Shown: positions 26,256 through 40,054 of the stretch, one piece after another
Layout: every line of letters starts with the position of its first letter
Position numbering within the stretch: the stretch's first letter is position 1
Assembly: GCA_900088475.1 (NCBI GenBank)
Contig: FLMG01001116.1
Location: 1 to 64,000, forward strand
Direction of reading: 5' to 3'
Length of the DNA: 64,000 nucleotides
From: Hyphochytrium catenoides
Taxonomy: Eukaryota; Protista; Hyphochytriomycota
The notes under the pieces: model-generated
Seen by the model: only the letters and a program-made list of their open reading frames with translations
Databases searched by the model: none
What the model was told of the DNA's origin: nothing
Made by a program: the position numbers and the translations under genes

Positions 26256-27299
26256 ATGGACACGGGTCTTCCGGTCTTGGACCTGGAGGAAGCCCTGGAA
26301 CAGGTTAGCGTGAAGCACATTGCAGTGAAGCATGTCCTTCGTTGATAATAATGTCGGGCTTGTGTCATTAGTGTGGAGGGGACCAGGAGTTATTGGATGA
26401 GCTCCTAGTGGATCTGCTGAATGAGTCGGAGAAGCATTTGGATGTGATCAAGAAGAGTGCTCCAGCAAATCTCGATGTCCGTACTACCCCTTGTCTTTGG
26501 ATGTGTGTTTGTTTGGTGCTTTCTTTGTCTCTGTGTAGCTCTCTTCTTTCCCTTCCTCGTTTCTTTCCTCTCTCTGTTCGCCCCACACCCTCTTATTCCT
26601 AGAGTTTTTTCCTTGATTTCTATCTACCCTATCCGATAGCCCCCTTCTCTTCAAAACGTCAGCCTCATGCGGCGTTCCTATATAGGATATCGCCTTCCAC
26701 GCTCACTCTATCAAAGGCTCATCAGCAAACCTGATGGTTAAGCGGCTATCTGCAGCGGCTGCAGAACTGGAACTAGCTGGAAAGCAGAAGAATAGAACAT
26801 CAGATGAGGTGACGCGAATGATATGTAAGTCTCTCCGATTCTACCATTATTTCTCTTTTGTCCGCCTTCCTTTCTTTGGGTGTGTTTTTGTGATAAGACA
26901 GAGGGGGGAAGCTTGAGGAAAGTCAAAGTAGGGACGGGTCGGCGGCGTTCTCTTCTCTCGTGTGTGTGTGTGTGTGGGTGACAGAGAAGTTGAGAGATGG
27001 TTGCTTATGCTTGCTTAGCCAGGAAAAGAGCCTTAATCCTAGCTCTATCGCTACTTTCGTACGCATTCGCCCGTTCGGCCTTCTCCTTCTCTCTCTTCTT
27101 CCCTTTACCGCCCTGACAGCACGCACTTCACACTGATTGGAAAGCCTTTCCTATCGCCGTTGATAGCGTGTCCCTCTCTCCTTGTTGTTCCCCATGTCGA
27201 CTATCTTGGCACAATCCTCTAACTTGTCTCTTGGCAGCCACTGTGGAGCAGGAGTTGGAGAGATATCGATCACTCCTGGGAGAAAAGCAGCTTCTCTAG
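26256..27299 (+). CDS. Stand-alone histidine phosphotransfer (Hpt) protein, ~117 aa
   Basis: Exons 26256-26303, 26372-26476, 26686-26824 and 27238-27299 splice in frame: MDTGLPVLDLEEALEQCGGDQELLDELLVDLLNESEKHLDVIKKSAPANLDDIAFHAHSIKGSSANLMVKRLSAAAAELE...STVEQELERYRSLLGEKQLL. HxxKGSSA is the Hpt signature; the His codon is at 26704. Confidence 0.9.
26960..26976. repeat. (GT)n microsatellite in Hpt intron 3
   Basis: About 8 GT units, seen directly. Confidence 0.85.
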
Positions 27300-27484
27300 T
27301 GAGAGATAAAGAGAGACGACAGAACGGCAATTAATCGTTGTAATTTATTACTTTCTACCACGTGAACCGTGATGTCATATATATCATGGCAACTCCCACT
27401 CTACTCATATATCACGCGTGCTTACAGGCGGGCGGCTAAAAGACTGAGAAAATAGCATCACCGCTTCGTTGTTTGATCGGTGTC

Positions 27485-30580
<3,096 letters not shown>

Positions 30581-31185
30581 GATGCTGATAAGTATCTGTA
30601 AAAGTTAGGCTGTACGCTACCGTATCAAAGAAGATAGAAGTCTCTGCCAATTCTTCAGTCACAGAGATTTCTGTAGGATGAACTCTGAGCTGAGATCTGA
30701 GAAGTTAGAAACAGAGACTCGAAGCTTCAAAATTGGCAGTGAGCCCGAACAGTCAGAGGATGTGCTGTGGTTGTGGAGGCAGGTAAACCCTAACAATCCT
30801 AGTACTGTAGTACAAAGAGGGAGAGGGGAAGCGAGCTGTCGGGTGGATGTTCTTCGTCTGAGATAGTGGATTCCTTGGTTTGTGGGCCACAGCACCACAG
30901 TGGCGGTATTTAGAATCATGGGCACCGGATCAGACATCCATAGGAATATGGCCTTTGTGTGAAGAGGGTCAAGATTCAAATCAAGAGTAGATTACGGCCA
31001 TATCAGGAATATGAGTTTCGCTGTGCGCTGTAAGATAGGAGGAGAGTATGGGTGGACTTTGAAATTGGAATATTACGATCCGTTGCCAAGAATCCGAGGT
31101 CCAAAGCAAGCCACTGTAGCGAATGGAATTTTACGTTACGAAAGTGTACAATACGTTGAGGGTGCTTCCCTTGATAATCAACCAG

Positions 31186-32646
31186 CTAGTAGTAGTGATA
31201 ATCCTTAAAGGGCGTTGAGGTTGGTGGTCGGCTATCTGTCTCTCCAAAGGCAGAGGAGTGCCAGCTTGAGACTTCAGACCGCACGGTGATGCCTCCATCC
31301 AGAAGCTCTCTTTCTTCTCTCGAGACCACGTCACGCAGCTCCCTAAGCAATACAGCTTTCTCCTGTATGAGGGAAAGAACGTCAATCTTATGTTTCCAGC
31401 AGGTCCTCTTCCCTTCCTCAGAACTGACCCGGAGCAATTCTATTCTTCCGCGACTTCTGCTATCCTTCTTGTTGAGGTTTAGGCGAGGAATAGCAGTGCT
31501 CGTGTTGAGTTTACTCATTGCCCCTACGGAGCTGGCGCGTAGCCACTCGTCTTTGTTGTAAACTTCAGTAAGAAAAGCCTACCCGATACGTCGCGGACAG
31601 AGTGGTAAGCGGGCAGAAGTCACCTAAATAACAGATCGCTCGACAAAGACGTACCAGACTTTGCGAAGTTAGAGTGCGGTCACCGCCGCGCTTACTCCCT
31701 AAGGGTGAGACCGATGAGGAAGGTAGTTCCCCTCTTGGTCGAGTCTCCGGTAACGTTGGCAGCATTGGTTGTCGCTCTTGTCCACTTCTCTTCTCTCTCA
31801 ATGGCGTTGTCGCTGGCTCGATAGTCAGCGCTAGGAGGTTCCCAAACTACCGAGCAATGGCCGGTGCCCTTACCTTTCTCAACTCGTGGAGGGAAAGGCT
31901 GGTGCTTTGCGTGCTCCAAGATCAGACTTTGTTCCTGTGCTAGCCTCTCTATCCGCTCCTTTTCTTTTTGTCGGTCGAGTGCGAACTGCTGTTCCAGACG
32001 CTTTCGTTGCTCACTCGCAGCGTTGGCTAAGAGTTTTGCGCGACTCTCTTCTTTTCCAATGCTCTCCTTCAGGACCTGGTGATGTAAGTGGGGTGAGATG
32101 GCTTGCGTATTATCAATCAATTAAAGCCATGATCTAGTTACCTCTATCAAATGGTCATCCTGCCTCTTTTTGAGTTTTTCAAGAGCCCTCGATTGACGAG
32201 GAGCTAAGGCTTTGACTGAGCTGGCGAACGCAGCTATGACAAGAAGAGTAAAGAACACACCTGAAGTGGTAGAAGCCTTAAGATCCGCGGCATTGGAATT
32301 GATAGAATTATACTTCGAGGTTGCTGCTGTACTCGCTGTCGACGATAAAGGGGCTGCTCTAATGGCCGCTGCCTCATTCATGCTGGTCAAAGGATTGCTG
32401 TGAAGCGCACCTCGTCCTGAGTGTGGTCGGGCATAACCACCTTTTCCTGGACTATCGGAAGTTAGGTTTAGGGAGTATATGAAGCCCACAGAATCGTTGG
32501 CTCTATGTCCGAATATTCATCATCGCATCACTCTCATGCAATCTGCTTTAGGTAGAGTAATTGACCAGGTCCGCCTCACAACTAAATCTTCTTGGCGTTG
32601 AACGCTGAGAGACTCCCCACTTCTCTCTGACAACAGAACTTTTCAT
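31186..32646 (-). CDS. Hypothetical coiled-coil protein, multi-exon (5' end uncertain)
   Basis: Consecutive minus-strand ORFs 32121-32489, 31692-32120 and 31186-31518 with plausible GT-AG junctions. Helical segment ESRAKLLANAASEQRKRLEQQFALDRQKEKERIERLAQEQ. No family recognised. Confidence 0.55.
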
Positions 32647-33192
32647 AGTGGCAATGTCGGAGAGAAAGAGAGAGGGTCGAGAAGACTCCTGGAGTGTGAT
32701 TGGTGGAGCTCGTCCGCTGGATAGTCTGGTCCCACGCCGTCCATCATCGTGCTCATTGAAGGCGATTGCTAGCAGTGAGAGAGGATGAACAGTTGTTGAA
32801 TGAATGAGAGTAGGGAAGTCAGAAGTCCGTTATTGTCCTAGCCTGGTCATTATGCAGCATACTTAGTAGCTTTATTATAGATGTGACGTTTTGATTCTGG
32901 ATTAGACCGATCAAGGGGATGATAGTGTGAGTTGCAAAATAAGGAGGTTATTGATTTTGGCGGGAGTTCTTCATACAGAGCTTTTGCTGAGTCCTTGAGC
33001 TTTTCTCAGCTCGTCATCAACAGGTAATTGCACTGGAGTTAGTGTGGTATGCTACGGAAGAGAGCCGATCTGTTCGAAGAGCTACTTTTAGGCATGATCA
33101 GCCAATCCATGTGAGAAAAGAAGACATTCAGGGCAATAACAACTGTCGCGCTGGCCTCAGGACAAACACGGTTGTTTAAGGCATTAGGAAGC

Positions 33193-33777
33193 ATGATCAC
33201 CCCAACGATCGCTATAGATTACGAAGCAAAACAAGATGACAAACTAGTGATGCACCGATTGCCATGCACAGTTAATTTCAGCGGCAGCGCAAATGTGGAC
33301 ATGTATTTTCATCCTGAACGGGACCAACATCAATCTGAAGATAGAACGAAGCTTTACTGTCAATTTAGAGGCCGATTATTGGAAGGCGAGCTAATGCAGC
33401 TGCCCTCAGATGTAGAAGGTAAGCGGAGAAACCTCACAGCGCTATACTCTGCTGAAGCTCTGACTAGGTCTGATTCTTGCAGGTTTTGTTTTCCGCGAAG
33501 AAGATGCGCAGGAAGCTAACGGCCTCTCTAGACAGTGGCTGGCAGAGAGGCAGTTTAAGCAAATAGTTGAATGGCAAGTGCTACATTCCAGGCTAGCTCA
33601 CTCAGGCCTAACATTCTATTTGGTCCTCACCGTAGGAAGCATGACGAGCCCCCATCAGACTCAGACGTTGTTGCTAAGAGTTTGTTATGGTTAGAGATCT
33701 CCAAAGCGGTAGGTTCTGACCTTCCTTTTAGCCTGAAATTCATGACTCAATGCTATTGCTCCTAGCTGCATCTCTAA
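33193..33777 (+). CDS. RNASEH2C: Ribonuclease H2 subunit C
   Basis: HRLPCTVNFSGSANVDMYF, QFRGRLLEG, GFVF, FKQIVEWxHDEPP and LLWLEISKALHL across four exons. Confidence 0.88.
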
Positions 33778-33889
33778 TCCTCAGCACCGCAACGACCCAG
33801 CGTCGTTACGAGACATGAACAAGATCTATATCCGAAAAGCAGAAGCTTCGTTATGGGCAGTCTGGTCCTCAGCTGTTTTTATGGGGATG

Positions 33890-35799
33890 TCAAGAGACTT
33901 TTGAAGCCATGTCCTGGCCTCTTCTTTGTTGTTCAGCTTCTGATACACCTGATACATATATGTTGGTAACTGAAGTCTTATATTCGTAGGCTCCACAAGA
34001 GCGCTTCGTACTTACCTTCGCAATCATCAATGAGTTCATCTTCCATGAACCTGGTTTAAGTCGTTCTACCACGCCCATAGCCAGGACTTAGCGCGCTCAT
34101 ACTGTCGAAGCGCCTTTCACATAATTGTTCCTTACCTGAGTTCAAGAAGTGTTGCAGGGCCTCTTCATAGGTAGCTTCAGGTGGCGCACCAAATAGGGCT
34201 GCGGCGGCTCTCTTTTCAATCCAAGTCATCCTTGAGCATTATCATTGTGCATGTAAGGACAATCCGCCAACACTTTAACTCGGTAAAATAAGAGAACCCT
34301 ACCCGGCCAGGGCCCAGCACCATCTTCCAAGAATGTGATGTGAAGCAGGATCTGTGGGATCCAGCTCAATTGCCCTCAGCACAGCTTCCTGTTATACGAA
34401 CTCAGAACTCCATCGACAAGAGCAAAAGAGAGAGAGGGAAACAAACCTTGATTTTGAAAGCATTAGATATTTTTTCCTTGGTAGGGAGAAAATCTGAGGT
34501 CGTCCTATGCAGAGCGTTAGGGGCGTATCCATCACCAGCAACAACAATAAGGTTAAAGGGACCCAATCGGAACTCCATAGCAAAGAGTAACCTACCCAAG
34601 CGTTATTGCCTTCCATTTATGTCCAGCTGCGCAAGTGCTATCAGCCTCAATGGCTTTCTCCGCATACTCCAGGGCCTATTGGGCAAGAATAAGCTCGCTG
34701 CACATGTCATCACTATAGATTGACTTACACTGTAGTGCATGTTCTTCTTTTCCCCAGGATCTTGCTGCAGCTCCGCAACCTCATAAGTAGCGCGGGATAG
34801 ACGCCATAGCTACGTAGGTCGGCGTCTAATGTCACTCGAGATCATAGACCTGGACTGCTGGAAAACTACGTGCCTTACCACTTCTGCATTCCCAGACTGT
34901 CGTCTGTCCTCCTCCTTTAAGAAGGTGTAAAGTTCAGTGAACTTCTTGTCATCATACATCTGGTCCGCGCCTTTCAGAGACTCTGGGATCTCTCTCGGAG
35001 CTGGTGCAACTTCCAACGCTCGTTGGCGGACCCCATGCGGGGCAGGAAGAAAGTCGGGCGATGGCCCCTTAGGAACCTTCTGCGCCGGCTTAAGTGGTTC
35101 AACCTCTACTACCGGTGAAAGAAGCCTTTCAACCTCCTCCCTATGAGAAATCAGGCCTGGGATCGTCCCTATAGGCAAGATATTAGAAATGGAAGTAAGT
35201 AACGATCCTCTCAGAGATGCAGACCTGTAATAAGCCCCATTGCAATGTAGACTAGAGGCCAGAAAATTCTGACATCAGCCAACTCCCCTTCCTCCCCGCT
35301 TGCGTAGAAAAGTATGGTGGCTACGCTTAAGACAAGCGCAAGAATCACGACGCCTATGGTGGCAACGAACTGCAGCAGAGTTGTTAGTTATCTATCGAAG
35401 CTTCAATGGACGAGTGAGGATACCCTTACCACCTGGCCAGCTACGAAGGAGGTCAACTCTTGACGCGCCTGCTTGGCGGATATGTTAAACAAGGGTAAGA
35501 AACAAGCATATTTATTTGAGACCTACCTGGCTGAGACCCTCCACGACTGCCCCTGTAGATAGGGTTGCCGCTGCGGCTTCAACCGCTTCTTCGGGCCTGG
35601 ATGCCTGACTTGAGCCAGCCTCCTGAGATCGGGGCGTTCCCTCGCCCCTGTCAAGGCTTTCAGCTCGACGCCGTCGACGCCTTCGGGAAGTTCGTCTCTC
35701 GTCGTTACGTGTAGATAAATAGTAGGCTCCTCCGGCAACAACCACCGCACCCGCTGCGGCAAGGGCGAACCAGAGAGCCCTTGGACCTCCGATAGCCAT
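33890..35799 (-). CDS. Regulator of microtubule dynamics (RMDN/FAM82) TPR protein with N-terminal hydrophobic segments (3' end approximate)
   Basis: [45 protein letters not shown] and [27 protein letters not shown] are characteristic RMDN motifs. Confidence 0.88.
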
Positions 35800-36575
35800 A
35801 ATATACCGGCCTGAAGAATACTCACCACGTTAAGTCACGGTAATTCACTCCAAGCTAGTTGCGGTTGTATTGGGATTGAGAAGTGGGGAGTGACCTCCGT
35901 GGTGCACCGGAGCTCACGGTAAATTGCCTTATGACAGACCATGAAGTGCTAACAAGAGCAATCCCTTTCTGCCGAGGCCTTCAAACATCGGACACAGAGT
36001 CTGCGTTGTCTGTTCTTTCGCTTCTTACATGCGGCAAATCCTGGAGAGGGAGCAAGGAAACATAAGCCTTAGCTAGAAACCTAAAGGAAAGTTAAAGGGC
36101 TGTAGACACTTTGCACACTTCCAAAAACCTGCTGTGAATGGAAGCTTTCATTCCTTCACGAAAGAAACTTACCCGTCCCTTCCCTTATTAAGAACGAGAA
36201 AGTATAAACGAGTGCAAACTATTCTTTATTTCCAGACTGGAGCCTTCAAATCCTGAACTGTCAGATCGCATCATCAGAAACTTCGCTTTTCTGATGATCG
36301 GGAACTGAATAACGGCTGCCGGCTCCGAGCTTCTGCTGCTGATAGTGTCGCCATTAGCTGACCACAGTGGCGCGCTTCCCAAAGCAAAGCTTAGCTGCAG
36401 ATGCTCTTGGTTATTGTGCCTTGGTGTACATCGTACATCAAGAGGCTGATTCCGAGCGAACGATTTCCTGAGGTCCGCTTTCGTTACAATCCTTATCATC
36501 CTTGATGGGACGACGGTGATATTCTGACTGCGGTATGTTCAAGGAACATTCTATTCTTTCAGCAAAGGACCTGCT

Positions 36576-39088
36576 CTAAGCGGCTTCTAAGTCAACCTTG
36601 GGCTGTGGCTTCCCGACACTGTAGGGACCGCCACGGAATACGTTGCCGATCCTATCCCAAAGCCCTGGATCGCGGGTTGACAGCAGTTGCGACGCCGTAG
36701 GTGATCCCACCAACGCGTCAATTACGGAAAACTTCCATTCTTTAGCTTCCTTGGTAGCCTCGGTTTTTTGGTCTAGCAGGAAATCCGCAAAACCGCCGTA
36801 AGCAAACAGAGTCTTAACTCCCCAAGAATGAGGCTGGGCTGCCAGGGCGCGGAGCACGTCAAACGAGGCATGTCGCAGCTCTGGGAAGGGCTGCTTCAAC
36901 TCTGTCATCAATACATCCATGGCTGACGTGTGCTCAGAACGGGCCAAAGCTTCAAAAAATCTCTCCTTGAGCAATTGCGTCTCTTCGTCTGGTAAGAAAT
37001 AGTCAGAATGGTGGTGCTTGCGATGGGAAAGATCAGAGCACGCAGATTGGCGGGGACATCGCGCGACTTGTGAGTCAACCCATCGGGGAGATATGAAAAG
37101 TCATAGGGAACAATAAAAGCATCTCGTTCCATCTTCCTTACCCATGGCGCCGCTATAGGCAGGGGTGTCTGCCGTTATTATGCTTGTCCCTACGATAGTT
37201 GCAAGGGAGGTACCGGAGGCAAGGACTCGGGCCACCGAAAAGAGGCAGCAAGCCTTCATGTTCGGGCCTCCACTCCAAGCATGTGACAGCCAGGCCTTGA
37301 CCACAGCTGTGTCTTCAACAATCAGCCTTAGGGCTGCAGGAGATGATGTAGCAAACGCGGAGAGGGCGTCCATAGCTGCCAGCACCCGAGACATGGAAAC
37401 AGAAGGATCCTCCCCGGACGTAGCTGGAGGTAGCAAGGATTAGTACAAAGATAAAAAAGAGACCACGAATGGCAAAAGAACGCAAAGAGGGAGCGGTGGG
37501 CGACGATGGACCCAAGAAACTAGGTATTGTCTTACCATAGCGTAGAGCAGCTCTTAGGAACTTCAAGGTAGTCTCGCGTGAAGAGGACACAAAGACGCTG
37601 GAGCCGTGCTTGGCTGCGGCAGCGCTAAGCTCTCCCACTAGCCTTAGCGCTACAGAGCCCAATAGGGGATCCGCTTCGCTTTCATCACCTATAATGACAT
37701 GAGAGACCGTCGGTACCATGGACCACAGTAAGAGCTTATTGGTATCGAGGAGTATGGTTCCAAGGAACTCTTTAGTCTTAACGCAAACTTCAACCAGGAG
37801 GAAAGACAGCGCTGCTAGAGCTCAAGAAGAGTATCAGCCTACCCTGGCCCGCTAGTGCAAGCAATCGTTGCATGATATTTTGCGACAGTATGAAGTGCAG
37901 TCCCTCTGCCGATGAAGCAAATAGAGGGAGCAGCTCAATGACGTTTACTTGCAGAAGAATGTCCTCGCTGGCAAGTATCTCCATGATTGTAGTAGATACC
38001 TGCTCCCGGCATACTTCCATAGCCTCACCAGACGAGACAGCTATCCGTATTAGTACATCCAGCAGTCGGAGCTCCCTGTGCGATGGGTCCTCATGTTCGT
38101 GCTCTCCCACCGGTACTTCCCTTACTTGCTGAAGGCCCTTGAACACCAGGGACCACAGCTTGATGCGGTCTTCGTTTCGTGTCGCCTTAGAGAGAGAGAG
38201 GACGAGAGTGCAGGCCGCATCAGAGACGGGGATGCTCTCATCCAGTATCCTTTGAACTGCAGCTGAGAGCAGATCCACTGGGGAGGTGATCACTTTGTCT
38301 GCAAAGTCGGTGGCACATTCACCTGACCTATATACCAGAAAGACAAAGATTTAAATGGGTAAAGTAACTCTCAGGTGTCTAGATATGGGCAGCGGATGAC
38401 TGCAAGAGACAGATGGTGATGAGGATCTGAAGTGTGAAAGTGATAAGCTTCCAACAAACGGACCAGCTGGAAAAAAGCAACATAAAATAGGACGAGGAGG
38501 AAGAAAGAAAGGTATAGACCAAAGCGTAAGGGGTAAGGCGGAGTTGGAGCGCATGGCAAGGATCAAGTCGTTCGAAACGGTAAGCCCTATAACATGGATC
38601 TCAGAGGACAAAGACGTGGTAAACCTTTGTTCTGACGCTGTCATAGCCCTTGCCATCTGCCTCAGGGTAAACTCTCTGATAGCATGAGCAGGATGATTCA
38701 TGCCAAACAGAAGATAGGCGTGAATTTCATGGTTCGCTAATATGGACGGGCCTTCAGGACTCTGGAATACGCGGTCCAAACTTTTCGTTGCTAACTTGAA
38801 GGCCTTCTCCTTAACTGCTGCCTGACGCGTCTGTTCACCGCGTACTGGTGCTACCGAGTCCAAGCAGGCAAAGAGTAATGGGATGGGTACCTTCGAGAGG
38901 AAATCACGAATAATGTTTAACTCCTTCTCGGTGTCCCTAGCACCAGCCGTCAGAAGGGAGGTGTTCTCTAGCGCTTGAAGCTGCGTCCAAGCCTCTTTAA
39001 TCGCCTCAGGAGTAATATCTGCTGTCATAGTAGCTGAAGGGCGAGACTCGAGTGAAGATCCTAATACATCTTCTGTCCCTGCAACCAT
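36576..39088 (-). CDS. PSMD5: 26S proteasome assembly chaperone S5b/Hsm3
   Basis: HEAT/ARM-like body with EDILLQVNVIELL. C-terminus KQPFPELRHASFDVLRALAAQPHSWG...GGFADFLLDQKTE..KEAKEWKFSVI...GPY. Start is 39088 or 39028. Confidence 0.88.
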
Positions 39089-40054
39089 TATCTAAAGCTT
39101 CAAGCGTTCTTCCAGTAGCCTTTCTTTCGGGTCTTCCGCGCTCAGTACGTCCCGTGCCGATCCGACTCCGCAAGAACGATCTACTATAAGATCACCTGCT
39201 CCTCTCAGTCTGTTTGTCTTCAAAGCAGCAAACCTCGCCTTGCAGAGTGTACTATGGGATGCTCATCTCTCTAATTCCTTAGCAGAAGGCTATGGAACGG
39301 ATGCAAGACCTTCAACGTGGCTCCTTCCTTGTTTGATCTCCATTGTAATCAAACGTTCGTTGCTGTTCTGATCGAGCTCGAAAAGCCAGCAGCAGAACAG
39401 CCGAAGCAGGGCTGAGGAGCAAAGGATGTCACATGAGGATTCTGAGCAGCAACTTCTTGGTAGATAGATTCAGAACAGGAGGCTCTTTAATTGTATACCA
39501 GATATTGCTATAACTGATAGATACTATTCTGATCCGCAATATATTGAGTGTAAAACGCGGTCGCACAAACCCACCCCAACTCCTCTGTCTATTTCCTGAT
39601 TGTTTGTCTGTCTGTCTGTCTCTGTACTCTCTTTGTAGTTAGTTCTCTAACTCTGTGACATGCTGTGTCTTACACACTTTTTGCCTTTCAATCCGTCACG
39701 CTTCCTTCTGTTTATTACCATAGCACTATTTGTCCCTTTGATCGGACATTGTATCTACCGAGCCACCCTGTGAAGACAGGCTCAGCCGCCATCACGACGG
39801 AGACATCATCTTCATTATCCAAGCGCCTAGTACGGGCGTAGTATAGTCGCTCTCTCTTCTTGAGTGGCCTCCTCTGTATGTGCAGCCAGCAGTCTCCAAG
39901 CGGCGGAGTGAGTGCCTAAAACTGGGGTACCGGCTCTGGTCAGCCACGGAAGCGGCCGAGGAGACAGGTCGGCTCTGCGGGGTTCTGCGGGCCGGGCACC
40001 ATGTTCTCAGCACAGCTTGACAAAAGAGGTCTCTAGGAAGATCCATTGTTGGCC

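Noticed and set aside
30785-30793. Telo-box AAACCCTAA upstream of DBP2 (also at ~13812)
   Set aside because: Single short motifs; could occur by chance.
33574-33639. GC-AG intron in RNASEH2C
   Set aside because: An alternative GT donor at 33578 with the AG at 33639 gives an equally valid frame; ambiguous.
34676-34680. Apparent in-frame TAG in RMDN suggesting an alternative genetic code
   Set aside because: The TAG is a splice acceptor; the genes otherwise read cleanly in the standard code.
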